A DNA stretch of 64,000 nucleotides from Actinomycetes bacterium. Lineage in GTDB: Bacteria > Actinomycetota > Thermoleophilia > Gaiellales > JALYLC01. Position numbers and translations under genes: made by a program. This document shows, piece by piece, positions 25,278 to 34,655 of this stretch. Numbering within the stretch: the stretch's first letter is position 1; each line of letters begins with the position of its first letter. The notes under the pieces are model-generated. The model saw only the letters and a list, made by a program, of their open reading frames with translations, ran no database searches and had not been told where the DNA came from. The stretch covers positions 9,545 through 73,544 of the forward strand of contig JANLRV010000121.1 of assembly GCA_031361905.1 (NCBI GenBank), read 5' to 3'.

Positions 25278-26036
25278 TCAGACGACGCGCGCCCGCCAGG
25301 CGTGCCGGACGACGCTCCAGTAGAACGCGCCGCTCGCAGCGGACGCGTCGATCTCGGCCTCGAAGCGCGCGAGATCGTCGGCCGAGACGGTTCCGGACCG
25401 CTCGAGCGCATGGCGGAATCCGGGCCAGTTGTGCGCGATGAACGTGTCACCGCCCCACTCCGTCGCGTCGAGCACGACGACGCGCCGCTCCTCCGGCACG
25501 AGGCCGGCCGCCTCCAGCCAGCCGCGCAGGCGCCGCCCGGCCCAACCGTCGGGCTTGCCATCGGCCCAGGCCTGCACGACGCGTCGCCCGAGCTCGCGAT
25601 CGGCGACGTTGAAGCCCTGCGTGTCCCAGTCGGTGTCGGCGGCGAGCACCATCCCGCCGGGCCGCACGATGCGCGCCGCCTCGCGCAGCGCGGCGACGGG
25701 ATCCTCGAGATACTCGAGCACCTGCACGAGGCACGCCGCGTCGTGTGAGCCGGACGCGAGCGGGAGCGCGAGCGCGTCGGCCTCGACGAGCTCGCAGCCG
25801 AGGCCGCGCGCATCGACGGCATCGAGCATCGCGCGCGCCGAATCGACTGCGGTGACGTGCGCCCCGCGTGCGTGCAGGGCGGCGGCGAATGCGCCGGGCC
25901 CGCAGCCGATGTCAGCGACGCGCCAGCCCGACTGCGGGCCGAGCAGGTCGATCTGGAGCTCGCGCACGGCGGAGACATCGGGCGCCGCATACGCCCGTGC
26001 GACGCGCTCGGCGACGCGCGCCGAATTCCAGCTCAT
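25278..26036 (-). CDS. class I SAM-dependent methyltransferase
   Basis: ATG 26036 (ATGA overlap with the upstream stop). Motif I VADIGCGPGAF. Confidence 0.85.
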   Translation of the reverse strand: MSWNSARVAERVARAYAAPDVSAVRELQIDLLGPQSGWRVADIGCGPGAFAAALHARGAHVTAVDSARAMLDAVDARGLGCELVEADALALPLASGSHDAACLVQVLEYLEDPVAALREAARIVRPGGMVLAADTDWDTQGFNVADRELGRRVVQAWADGKPDGWAGRRLRGWLEAAGLVPEERRVVVLDATEWGGDTFIAHNWPGFRHALERSGTVSADDLARFEAEIDASAASGAFYWSVVRHAWRARVV

Positions 26037-27271
26037 CGAAGCTCGGTCGCGTTCGCCTCGAGCATGCGGGCCACGAGGATCTGCCGCGACTCGAGCAGCG
26101 GGACCTCGGGAGCACCGTAGGCGCCGACCTGCAGGAGCAGGCTCCCATGCACCCACAAGAGGTCGTCCCGGAGGCGTTTGCCGGGTCGGATGACGCGCAT
26201 TCCGGCCGGAACGGAGCTCGCCGGCGTGGCGCGAACGCCGGGCTGCCGCGCGGTCGCGCGCAACGCTGCCTGCGCCGCGCGCGGGCTCGGGAACGCCCAC
26301 GCGTACGCCACGTAGCTGCCGGCGATCTGCGCGACCGAGATGACCTGCGTCGAGGCGCCGCGCAGCCCGAGCGTGCGATAGCGGCGCCCGAGCCGTAGCG
26401 CGGCCGGGTCATCGCGCAACCGGGCGCGCGCGTCGGGCCGGGCGCGGACCTGCCACGACCTCGTGTCGATGCCCCCAGGGAGATCGTTCTCGACGATCCG
26501 CAGCGAGCTGAGACGGCCGACGAGCGTCGTCGGGTCATAGCTCGGCGGCGACGCCGGCTCGGCGCCGCCGATCAGCGGCTCGGCGCTGATCTTGGCGTCG
26601 ATCGCGCGCGCGACGCGGTCGCGCTCGGCGACCATCGACCCGCCGCCCTGCTCGGAGCCGGCAGTCGCGCGCACGAGCGCGCGGCCACGCACCCAGAGCA
26701 GATCGCTCACGCCCGTGCCGGGCAGCGAGAGCATCACCGCGCCGGGAGCGAAGTCGCTCGGGCTGGCCCGCAGGCCGGAGAGATCGCGCAGGGCCCGGAG
26801 GCTCCGGAAGGCGCCCTCGGGGCGGCGAAACGCCCAGAGCACGACCGCGACGTTGCCCGGCCGTGAGCGGCCCCGCAGGTTCTGGGCCTTGCCGAGCACG
26901 AAGCCCCCCGCGAAGAACTCGGTGTTCATCGGCGAGTTCGGCGTCTGGCCGGGCAGCGGCCAGCGGAACGTCGCCGCGGGATCGGGCGGGTAGCTGTTGT
27001 CGAACGTGTTGGAGTTGATCGTGAAATCGAGCTTCTGCGCCTCGGCGGTGCTGAGGAAGAGCGCCGGCAGGACGGCGTCCATGCGCGCGAGCAGCGGCTT
27101 CGACGAGCTGACGGACGTCGCTGCCCTGACGGGCGCCGCCTCGGCCTGCCGGCTTGGCGCCTGCGCGAGCAGGCTTCGCGTTGCAAGCATCGCGACCGTC
27201 GCGGTTCCGAGCAGCGCCATCGCAGCGAGTGCCACGCCGAGCGTCCGACGCACCACCTGTCGTCGCGGCAT
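26033..27271 (-). CDS. hypothetical secreted protein with two internally repeated domains
   Basis: Signal-peptide-like N-terminus MPRRQVVRRTLGVALAAMALLGTATVAMLA. Internal repeat visible (..DLLWVRGRALVRATAG.. and ..DLLWVHGSLLLQVGAYG..). Confidence 0.65.
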   Translation of the reverse strand: MPRRQVVRRTLGVALAAMALLGTATVAMLATRSLLAQAPSRQAEAAPVRAATSVSSSKPLLARMDAVLPALFLSTAEAQKLDFTINSNTFDNSYPPDPAATFRWPLPGQTPNSPMNTEFFAGGFVLGKAQNLRGRSRPGNVAVVLWAFRRPEGAFRSLRALRDLSGLRASPSDFAPGAVMLSLPGTGVSDLLWVRGRALVRATAGSEQGGGSMVAERDRVARAIDAKISAEPLIGGAEPASPPSYDPTTLVGRLSSLRIVENDLPGGIDTRSWQVRARPDARARLRDDPAALRLGRRYRTLGLRGASTQVISVAQIAGSYVAYAWAFPSPRAAQAALRATARQPGVRATPASSVPAGMRVIRPGKRLRDDLLWVHGSLLLQVGAYGAPEVPLLESRQILVARMLEANATELR

Positions 27272-27279
27272 CGCCTCAG

Positions 27280-27593
27280 TCTAGATGAGTGATTGCGTTT
27301 CGTCGGGGGTTCTGGGGTGTGTCTCGGCTGGTTCTGGCGTTCTGCTCGCCGCGAGTCGGCCCCCGGTCCGCTGCTCGAGAGGCGTGGCGGCGGGTGCGGG
27401 CCGTCTCGCGGCGAGCGTCACTCCGGGGTTTCCGGGCTTGTCGTTGCGTCTCTGCAGCGCCTGCGCCCGGAAACCCTCTTCGCAGATCTGCGTTGATCGC
27501 AGATCAGCTCACATCGCTGTCAAGCTTCGCTTGACAGCTGACGCAACGATCCAGCGCCCAGAACCCCCGACGAAACGCAATCACTCATCTAGA
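27280..27593. mobile_element. 314-bp element with perfect 37-bp terminal inverted repeats and nested hairpins (MITE-like or structured intercistronic RNA)
   Basis: 27280-27316 is the exact reverse complement of 27557-27593 (core ctagatgagtgattgcgtttcgtcgggggttctgg). Internal stems are listed in the corresponding finding. No credible ORF. Confidence 0.7.
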
Positions 27594-27977
27594 TCAGCCG
27601 GTGCTCTCGTCCGCGAGGATCTTGCGGGCGGCGCGGAACGCCGAGACCCCGGCCGGCACGCCGGCGTAGACGGTCACCTGCACGAGCGTCTCGCGCAACT
27701 CGTCAGCCGTGCAGCCGTTGCGCAGCGCACCCCGGAAGTGCAGCTCGAACTCCTCCATCCTCCCGAGCGTCGCCAGGATGCAGAGGTTGTTGAGGCTCCG
27801 TTGCCGGTCGTCGAGCGCCGTCCCCTCGCCCCACACCTTGCCCCAGCAGTACTCGGTGACGAACTGCTGGAACTCGCTCGAGAACGAGTCGGCACCGCCG
27901 ATCGCCCGATCGACGTACTCGTCGCCGAGCACCTTGCGTCGCTTCGCGAGGCCCAGCTCGAACAGTCGGTCGTCCAC
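27594..27977 (-). CDS. carboxymuconolactone decarboxylase family protein (PcaC-like)
   Basis: 127 aa. ..FQQFVTEYCWGKVWGEGTALDDRQRSLNNLCILATLGR..ELRETLVQVTVYAGVPAG.. is classic gamma-CMD family sequence. GTG start after GAGAGGA. Confidence 0.85.
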   Translation of the reverse strand: MDDRLFELGLAKRRKVLGDEYVDRAIGGADSFSSEFQQFVTEYCWGKVWGEGTALDDRQRSLNNLCILATLGRMEEFELHFRGALRNGCTADELRETLVQVTVYAGVPAGVSAFRAARKILADESTG

Positions 27978-28104
27978 GTCTCGTCCTCTCGGTGAAGGGT
28001 GCGGCGCCCGCGCCGCGATCGGCCGAGGGTGAGTGTTTCAGATGCCGGGCGTGCGATCCCCGTCTCGCGCGCAGCCGCGTCCTCCTCTCGATCGAGCTCA
28101 GCGT

Positions 28105-29208
28105 CTAGGTCATCGTGACGACGACGCGCCCGGCCGTGCCCGCGAGGCTCGCCGCGAAGGCGTCGTTGATCGCCGTCAGCGGAAACGTCGAGCCGAGCAG
28201 CGGCTCGAGCTGCAGGGCTCCCGAGTGCACGTGGCCGAGCAGCACGGGGAGCGCCACCGCAGGGTCCTCGGACCCGTACATCGTGCCGGTCAGGAGCTTC
28301 TCCCGCCGGATGAACTCGGCCGGATCGAGGTCGAGCCGGCGTCCTGCCGCCGGCAGCCCCACGATCACGGTCGTCCCGCTGCTGCGCGAGTGCGAGAGCG
28401 CGAGCGCCGTCGTCTCCGGGTCGCCGACGGCATCGAACGAGTAGTCGACGCCCTCGGGAACGATGCGGGCGAGCAGCTCGGCGAGCTCGTCGGGCTGCGC
28501 GACGTGCGTCGCGCCGAGCGTGGTGGCGAGCGCGAGCCGTTCGCGCAGCGGGTCGACCGAGACGATCGCCGAGGCGCCCGCGATCCGAGCCGCCTGCACG
28601 CCGAACAGCCCCACCCCGCCGGCCCCGATGATCAGCACCGTCGCACCCGCCGGCACCCTCGCCGCGTAGGTGACGGCACCGAACCCGGTCAGCGCCGCGC
28701 ATCCGAGCAGCGCCGCCTGCTGGAGCGGCACGCGCCCGCCCGTCGGCAGCGCGACGCGCGCGTCGACGACGATGCGCTCGGCGAGCGCGCCGGTCGCGGT
28801 GCCTCGATAGACCGTCTCGCCCTCGAGCGAGAGGCCGGTGCTGCCATCGACGAGCGTGCCGGCGCCGATCGCGCGGTGAAGCGGGACGCAGGCGGCGGGC
28901 CTGCCGCGGGCGCAGTCCGCGCACGCCTGGCAGGACGGTGCCCACGAGAGCACCACCTCGTCGCCGACCGCGAGGCCGCGCACGTCGGCTCCCACGTGCT
29001 CGATCACGCCCGCGCCCTCGTGGCCGAGGACCATCGGCGTCGGGCGCATCCACTCGCCGCGGATCGAGTGCAGGTCGGTGCCGCAGATGCCGACCGCGGC
29101 CATCCGCACGACGACCTCGCCCGGCCCGGGGTCGGCGACGTCGATCTCGACGAGCTCGAGGGGCGAGCCAGGCCCTGTGAACACCGCAGCGGTCGTCTTC
29201 ACGAGCAC
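28105..29208 (-). CDS. zinc-dependent (MDR) alcohol dehydrogenase
   Basis: ..MAAVGICGTDLHSIRGEW..VLGHEGAGVIE.. and IIGAGGVGL. Start is GTG 29208 or GTG 29202, after GGGAAGAGG. Confidence 0.85.
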   Translation of the reverse strand: MLVKTTAAVFTGPGSPLELVEIDVADPGPGEVVVRMAAVGICGTDLHSIRGEWMRPTPMVLGHEGAGVIEHVGADVRGLAVGDEVVLSWAPSCQACADCARGRPAACVPLHRAIGAGTLVDGSTGLSLEGETVYRGTATGALAERIVVDARVALPTGGRVPLQQAALLGCAALTGFGAVTYAARVPAGATVLIIGAGGVGLFGVQAARIAGASAIVSVDPLRERLALATTLGATHVAQPDELAELLARIVPEGVDYSFDAVGDPETTALALSHSRSSGTTVIVGLPAAGRRLDLDPAEFIRREKLLTGTMYGSEDPAVALPVLLGHVHSGALQLEPLLGSTFPLTAINDAFAASLAGTAGRVVVTMT

Positions 29209-29227
29209 CTCTTCCCGGTCGCGTCGC

Positions 29228-29548
29228 TCAATCGTCGAGCGCGACGAGGAGCCTACCGGCCTCGCTGCGGAGCCGGTACACGGGAAGCGGCTCGTTCGCC
29301 GGCGGCAGCAGCACCGCGCCCGTGCGCGCGTCGAACGCGGCGCCGTGGCAGCTGCAGTGGAGCTCCGCGCCGCGCAGCTCGCCGTCGACGAGCGGGCAGA
29401 GATCGTGCGTGCAGTCCGCCGAGAGCGCGAGCCAGCCCCCGTCGACGCGCGCGAGCAAGAGCGGTGCGCCGGCCGCGACAGACTCGCGGAGCGTGCCGTC
29501 GGGCGCATCGTCGTCGGCCCCCGCGTCGTGCCACTCGGGCTCGCTCAC
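29228..29548 (-). CDS. Rieske [2Fe-2S] domain protein
   Basis: 106 aa. CTH-X16-CSCH (ADCTHDLCPLVDGELRGAELHCSCHGAAF). The GTG start shares GTGA with the P450 stop. Confidence 0.8.
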   Translation of the reverse strand: MSEPEWHDAGADDDAPDGTLRESVAAGAPLLLARVDGGWLALSADCTHDLCPLVDGELRGAELHCSCHGAAFDARTGAVLLPPANEPLPVYRLRSEAGRLLVALDD

Positions 29549-30759
29549 CGATCCCACCGGACGTGCAGGTACGTCGGCGCGCGGAACTCCCAGCCACGCA
29601 GCTCCGATCGCTTGCCGGGGTCGAAACGGAGGTTGCGGCAGCGCTCGTAGAGCGCCTGGATCGCGAGGCGCATCTGCACGCGGGAGAGGTGATGGCCGGG
29701 GCAGAAGTGCGTGCCGAAGCCGAAGCCGCCGTGCGGTCGCTTCTCGCGGTAGAGGTCGTACCGCTCGGCGTCGTCGCCCCAGGCCAGCGGGTCGCGGTTC
29801 GCGGCGGAGACGAGCAGGCCGAGGTTCGCGCCGGCGGGCACCGCGATGCCCGCGAGCGTCGTCGCGCGCGTCGCACGGCGCGTCTGCGTGCCGATCGGCG
29901 AGATCCAGCGCAGGCCCTCCTCGAGCGCGGGGCGCACGAGCGCTGCCGGATCGGCAGCCAGCGCCGCGCTCTGCTCGGGATTCCCGAGCAGGCCGAAGAC
30001 GGTCGATCCGCCGGCGTGCCCCGGCTCCTGCATGCCGCCCGTGATGATGATCTTGATCGTCGGCATGATCCAGGCCACGCGCTCCTCGAGCGATCCGTCG
30101 GCCTCCTGCAGCATGTTCGAGATCGTCGACCCGTCCGGCTCGGCGAGCATGCGCCGCATGATCGGTTGCAGGCGCTCGTCGACCTCCGCGCTGGCGCCCA
30201 TCCCGATCCGGTCCTTCTCGGCGTCGCCCTCGAAGTTCGTCGCCCCGATCGCCATCTCGGCGAACCAGCGCCGCAGCGTGTCGTCGTCGATCTCGGCGAT
30301 CCCCAGCACGAGCGCGAGGCTGCGAACGCTGATCGGCTCGAAGTACTCGGCCATCAGATCCGCGTGTCCGCGAGCCTCGATGCGCTCGAGGTAGGTGTCG
30401 ACGAGGGGTGCGATCAGCGGCGCCGCGTTCTGCTCGACCTGGCGCGGCCTCAGCGACGGGTCGAGCGCCTGGCGCAGCCGCTTCTGCCGCGGCCCGTCGA
30501 TCAGCAGGATGTTGCCCTCGCCCATCGTCCGCTCGAGCGGCGAGGGCGTGACGCCCGCCGAGAACGTCGCGGCATCGGTGGCGGCCTCCTCGACCGCGAC
30601 CCACGTCGTCACGAGCCAGAGCCCGACCGCCGGGATCCAGGCGACGGGAGCGTGCTCGCGAAGCCACGAGTAGACCGGATAGGGATCGTCGTCGAGCTGC
30701 TCGAGCGTGATGCGCGCGAGCGCAGCGGCGAGCTCGCCGCCGGCCTGCTCGCTCGTCAT
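29545..30759 (-). CDS. cytochrome P450
   Basis: ATG 30759, 404 aa. Heme loop FGFGTHFCPG, I-helix region ITGGMQEPG, ExxR (EEGLRW). Confidence 0.9.
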   Translation of the reverse strand: MTSEQAGGELAAALARITLEQLDDDPYPVYSWLREHAPVAWIPAVGLWLVTTWVAVEEAATDAATFSAGVTPSPLERTMGEGNILLIDGPRQKRLRQALDPSLRPRQVEQNAAPLIAPLVDTYLERIEARGHADLMAEYFEPISVRSLALVLGIAEIDDDTLRRWFAEMAIGATNFEGDAEKDRIGMGASAEVDERLQPIMRRMLAEPDGSTISNMLQEADGSLEERVAWIMPTIKIIITGGMQEPGHAGGSTVFGLLGNPEQSAALAADPAALVRPALEEGLRWISPIGTQTRRATRATTLAGIAVPAGANLGLLVSAANRDPLAWGDDAERYDLYREKRPHGGFGFGTHFCPGHHLSRVQMRLAIQALYERCRNLRFDPGKRSELRGWEFRAPTYLHVRWDR

Positions 30760-30847
30760 CGCTCGTCGTCCGGCGTGCGGTGCTCGCGCATCGAGGCGAC
30801 TATGCCAGCTTGACCGGTCTATCGTTCCCCGGGGAGGAGTTCGCGAC

Positions 30848-31309
30848 ATGGCCGAAACCGAGCAGGAGCATCTCAACCGCAATCTCGAGCAGCTGCTGCA
30901 GGAGATGCGCGTGGTCCTGCCGGGAGTCCAGGTGCTCTTCGGCTTTCTGCTCGCCGTGCCGTTCGCGCAGCAGTTCGACCGTGTGACCGACTTCCAGCGC
31001 GACGTCTACTTCGTCGCGCTCTTGCTCTCGGCGCTCTCGACCGTGCTCATGCTGGCGCTCTCGATCCAGCACCGCATCCTCTTCCACCGAGCCGAGAAGG
31101 CCTACCTGATCGGGGTCGGGAACGCGTGCATGATCGCCGGGATGACCGCGGCGGCGCTGGCGATCACGCTCTCGCTCGTGCTCGTCGCCGACTTCCTCTT
31201 CGGCACCGCGCTCGCGTGGGTCGCCGGGCTCGCCGGCTTCACGGCGTTCGCCCTGCTCTGGTACGCGATGCCGCTCACGCGACGGCTACGGCCGCGCCCG
31301 CCGACGTAG
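30848..31309 (+). CDS. DUF6328-like membrane protein
   Basis: ATG 30848 after GGGGAGGAG. ..LNRNLEQLLQEMRVVLPGVQVLFGFLLAVPFAQQF..FQRDVYF.. matches my memory of the DUF6328 pattern. 3-4 TM segments. Confidence 0.6.
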   Translation: MAETEQEHLNRNLEQLLQEMRVVLPGVQVLFGFLLAVPFAQQFDRVTDFQRDVYFVALLLSALSTVLMLALSIQHRILFHRAEKAYLIGVGNACMIAGMTAAALAITLSLVLVADFLFGTALAWVAGLAGFTAFALLWYAMPLTRRLRPRPPT

Positions 31310-31310
31310 C

Positions 31311-31667
31311 TCAGACCCCGCGAGGCAACGCATCGACCGCCTCGCGCTGCGTCTCGAAGAGCGGCGTCAACCGGTCGAGCTGCACGAGCTTGATCACCCT
31401 CCACGCCGGCGACAAGGCCGGGGCGACGAGGTGCAGGACCGTGCCCTCGTCCTGCAGGCGGCGTGCAAGGCGGTGCAGCAGCGCGGCTCCGGCGCTGTCG
31501 AGATACTCGAGCATCGACATGTCGATCACCGCGCAGTGCGCCTCTGCGAACGCGGTCGCGAGCTCCTCGTCGGTCTGCATCGCGCTCGCGAGGTCGATCT
31601 CACCCGACAGCGAGCCGACCACGGTGCCGCCCGGCAAATGCTCGATCACGACCGTCCCGCTTGTCAC
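31311..31667 (-). CDS. STAS domain protein (anti-sigma-factor antagonist-like)
   Basis: ..GGTVVGSLSGEIDLASA..VIDMSMLEYLDSAGAALLHRLARRLQDEGTVLHLV.. is a STAS/SpoIIAA-like pattern. Start uncertain (GTG 31667 or GTG 31649). Confidence 0.6.
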   Translation of the reverse strand: MTSGTVVIEHLPGGTVVGSLSGEIDLASAMQTDEELATAFAEAHCAVIDMSMLEYLDSAGAALLHRLARRLQDEGTVLHLVAPALSPAWRVIKLVQLDRLTPLFETQREAVDALPRGV

Positions 31668-31759
31668 GGGGCGGCAGGAGACGGCACGGCACCCATGCCA
31701 GAGTCTCCCACATCCGGCACTCCGCCCACACAGGGTTTTTCCACATCCTTCGAACGTAT

Positions 31760-32974
31760 TCAGGCGGAGCGCTCGATCACGAGCGCCATCCCCTGCCCGA
31801 CGCCGATGCACATCGTCGCCAGGCCATAGCGCCCGCCACGGCGCTCGAGCTCGTGCAGCAGCGTCACGACCATGCGCGCTCCGGTCGAGCCGAGGGGATG
31901 TCCGATCGCGATCGCGCCGCCGTTGACGTTGACGCGATCGGGATCGAGCCCGAGCTCGCGCAGCGACGCCAGCACCTGGCTCGCGAACGCCTCGTTGAGC
32001 TCGATCAGGTCGAGATCGCCGATGCCGAGGCCGGCGCGGGCGAGCGCCTTGCGCACGGCGGGCACCGGGCCGACTCCCATCACGCCCGGCTCGACGCCCG
32101 CGACCGCGCTCGCGATCACGCGGGCGCGCACGGGCAGATCGTGTGCGCGCGCATAGGCCTCCTCGGCGATCACGAGCGCCGCAGCGCCGTCGTTCAGCCC
32201 CGCGGCGTTGCCGGCGGTGACCGACCCGCCGTCGCGGAAGGCGGCGCGCAGCCTCGCGAGCCCGTCGAGCGTCGTCGCAGGCCGGGGATGCTCGTCGCGC
32301 TCGACGAGCTCGCTGCCCTGGCGCGTCGTCACCTCGACCGCCGTCAGCTCGGCGGAGAACCGCCCCTCGGCGTCGGCGGCCGCCCACCGCTCTTGCGACC
32401 GGAGCGCCCACGCGTCCTGATCGGCCCGCGAGATGCCGTAGCGCTCGGCGACGTTCTCGCCGGTCTCGCCCATCGACTCGGTGCCGTGCCGCTCGCGCAG
32501 GCGCGGGTTGGGGAAGCGCCAGCCGATCGTCGTGTCCTGCAGCGTCTGCTCGCCGCGTGGGAATGCCGCCTCGGGCTTACCGAGCACGTGCGGCGCGCGC
32601 GTCATCGACTCGACGCCGCCGGCGACGAAGACGTCGCCCGCGCCGGCTGCGATCGCGTGCGCCGCAGTCACGATCGCCTGCAGCCCCGAGGCGCAGAGGC
32701 GATTGACCGTGAGGCCCCCGACCTCGACCGGGAGCCCTGCGAGCAGCGCGGCCATGCGCCCGACGTTGCGGTTGTCCTCGCCCGCCTGGTTGGCCGCCCC
32801 GAGCACGACATCCTCGATCGCCGCCGGGTCGACGCCTGAGCGCCGCACCGCCTCGGCGACGACGATCGCGGCGAGATCGTCGGGTCGCAGCGAGGCGAGG
32901 GCGCCGCCGTAGCGGCCGACCGGGGTGCGGCAGGCCGAGACGATCACGGCACGGCGGCAGCTCTGATTTCCCAT
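31760..32974 (-). CDS. acetyl-CoA C-acyltransferase (thiolase)
   Basis: ATG 32974, 404 aa. Active-site regions [40 protein letters not shown]. Confidence 0.9.
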   Translation of the reverse strand: MGNQSCRRAVIVSACRTPVGRYGGALASLRPDDLAAIVVAEAVRRSGVDPAAIEDVVLGAANQAGEDNRNVGRMAALLAGLPVEVGGLTVNRLCASGLQAIVTAAHAIAAGAGDVFVAGGVESMTRAPHVLGKPEAAFPRGEQTLQDTTIGWRFPNPRLRERHGTESMGETGENVAERYGISRADQDAWALRSQERWAAADAEGRFSAELTAVEVTTRQGSELVERDEHPRPATTLDGLARLRAAFRDGGSVTAGNAAGLNDGAAALVIAEEAYARAHDLPVRARVIASAVAGVEPGVMGVGPVPAVRKALARAGLGIGDLDLIELNEAFASQVLASLRELGLDPDRVNVNGGAIAIGHPLGSTGARMVVTLLHELERRGGRYGLATMCIGVGQGMALVIERSA

Positions 32975-33071
32975 CTGCGAACTGTAGGCCGACGCCACGC
33001 GATCCGGTCCGCCCGCCTCGATCGACCCGAACCGGGTCACGATTGCCGTCCGTCCGCGACACTTCCCGCAC

Positions 33072-33731
33072 GTGACCGTGCACACCCTCTCGACGGCGAT
33101 CGAGGCGATTGCCCAGATCCGCTCCGGCGACGCAGTGATGGTCGGGGGCTTCGGCCTGGTCGGCGCGCCCCTCACGCTCGTCGACGCGCTCGTCGACCAC
33201 TCCGACGCGACGGATCTCACGATCATCTCGAACAACATCGGAGAGGCGGGGAAGGGGCTCGGAAAGCTGCTCCGTCAGGGCCGGATCCGACGGGGAGTCT
33301 CGTCGTATTTCACCTCGAACCCCGAGGCCGTGGCTGCGGTCAACGCCGGGACCATGGCCGCGACCCTGATGCCGCAAGGCACGTTCGCCGAGGCGATTCG
33401 CGCGGCCGGTGCGGGAATCGGAGGCTTCTACACCCCCGTCGGCGTCGGCACGCTGCTCGCCGAGGGCAAGGAGGAGCGCGAGATCGACGGCGTGCGTCAC
33501 ATCCTCGAACCGCCGCTCCGCGCCGACGTGGCCTTGATCTACGCCGCGCACGCAGACGAGCTCGGGAACCTCGCCTACCGGCGGACGGCCCGCAACTTCA
33601 ACCCGATGATGGCGACTGCAGCACGGATCACGATCGCGGAGGCGGCCGAGATCGTGCCGGTCGGCGAGCTCGATCCGGAGTCGATCGTGACCTCGCATCT
33701 GTTCGTCGACCACCTGGTGCAGCGGGCATGA
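33072..33731 (+). CDS. scoA: 3-oxoacid CoA-transferase (family I) subunit A
   Basis: 219 aa. ..GDAVMVGGFGLVGAPLTLVDAL.. is typical of subunit A. ATGA overlap with subunit B. Confidence 0.85.
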   Translation: MTVHTLSTAIEAIAQIRSGDAVMVGGFGLVGAPLTLVDALVDHSDATDLTIISNNIGEAGKGLGKLLRQGRIRRGVSSYFTSNPEAVAAVNAGTMAATLMPQGTFAEAIRAAGAGIGGFYTPVGVGTLLAEGKEEREIDGVRHILEPPLRADVALIYAAHADELGNLAYRRTARNFNPMMATAARITIAEAAEIVPVGELDPESIVTSHLFVDHLVQRA

Positions 33732-34372
33732 CGGACGACGTCAAGACGCGCATCGCCCGGCGAGCCGCGCGCGAGCTGCACGAGGGCGAGGTGGTCAACC
33801 TCGGAATCGGCATCCCGAACCTGATCCCGGAGTTCATCGCTGCCGGAACGAACGTCTACCTGCACACCGAGAACGGCCTGCTCGGCGTCGGCCCGCGTCC
33901 GAGCGACGAGGAGCACGACTCCGATCTGATCGATGCTGCGAAACGCCCCGTCACCGCCCTCCCCGGCGCCTCGTATTTCGACAGCGCGACGAGCTTCGCG
34001 ATGATTCGCGGTGGCCATATCGATGTCGCGGTGCTCGGCGCGCTGCAGGTCAGCGCGACGGGAGACATCGCAAACTGGTCGGTGCCCGGGAAGGACGTGC
34101 TCGGCGTCGGCGGGGCGATGGACCTCGTCGTCGGCGCGCGGCGCGTGATCGTCACCATGACGGCGGCGAGCGCCTCTGGCGCGCCCAAGATCGTCGAGGG
34201 CTGCACCTATCCCCTGACCGCGGTCGAGGCCGTGGACGTGATCGTCACCGAGCTCGCGGTCTTCCGAATCCACGATCGCACGCTGCACCTCACGGAGCTG
34301 CTCGATGGCGCGTCCCTCGAGGCGGTGAGGGCCGTCACGGCCGCGCCGTTCGTGGTTCAGCTCGACGGCTGA
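33728..34372 (+). CDS. scoB: 3-oxoacid CoA-transferase (family I) subunit B
   Basis: 214 aa. The catalytic-Glu motif LHTENGLLG (xENG) is present. Confidence 0.85.
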   Translation: MTDDVKTRIARRAARELHEGEVVNLGIGIPNLIPEFIAAGTNVYLHTENGLLGVGPRPSDEEHDSDLIDAAKRPVTALPGASYFDSATSFAMIRGGHIDVAVLGALQVSATGDIANWSVPGKDVLGVGGAMDLVVGARRVIVTMTAASASGAPKIVEGCTYPLTAVEAVDVIVTELAVFRIHDRTLHLTELLDGASLEAVRAVTAAPFVVQLDG

Positions 34373-34627
34373 CGTCCGGCCCTACCGCGCGGCCGGAGCA
34401 TCCAGACGGTGCGAAACGGCCGAGAGCTTCCAGAGGGGACGCTAGCGAGCGGGGCGCCGATCGCGACGATCGTGCTCCGGGCTGCGCTGTCTGGCCGAGG
34501 CGTCCGGCCGCGCCTGCGACAGCGCAGCCCGTCCTGACGGCCACCAGCAGGCCCGCCACGAACCCACCAGACGGTGGATCCAGGCTCAGCTCCAGACGAG
34601 CGCCGACGCTACCAGGCGGGTGCCAAA

Positions 34628-34655
34628 CCGAAACGGAGTCCGGTTCCGCTAAGAT
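34628..34655 (+). promoter_or_regulatory. imperfect palindrome CCGAAACGG-AGT-CCGGTTCCG abutting -10 TAAGAT (candidate TetR operator and promoter of the MFS-tetR operon)
   Basis: Read from the sequence 31-58 nt upstream of the MFS ATG. SD AGGAG follows. Confidence 0.4.

Noticed and set aside
25277-25284. Additional GTCAGAC(G) cores (also near 42615, 56875 and 9533) as extra copies of the 22-nt motif.
   Set aside because: Several arise from a stop codon (TCA on this strand) followed by GAC codons. They lack the flanking CTCCG..AAAA part, and a 7-mer match is not significant in this composition.
22832-25990. 1052-aa minus-strand ORF spanning several genes.
   Set aside because: Only its last 249 codons (from GTG 23581) look like a real protein (amidohydrolase-2). 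The rest runs antisense or out of frame through the alpha/beta hydrolase and methyltransferase genes.
27285-27995. ORFs (236, 81 and 67 aa) starting inside the TIR element.
   Set aside because: They have no SD and low-complexity translations, and they run antisense into the pcaC-like gene. The region is better explained as a structured non-coding element.
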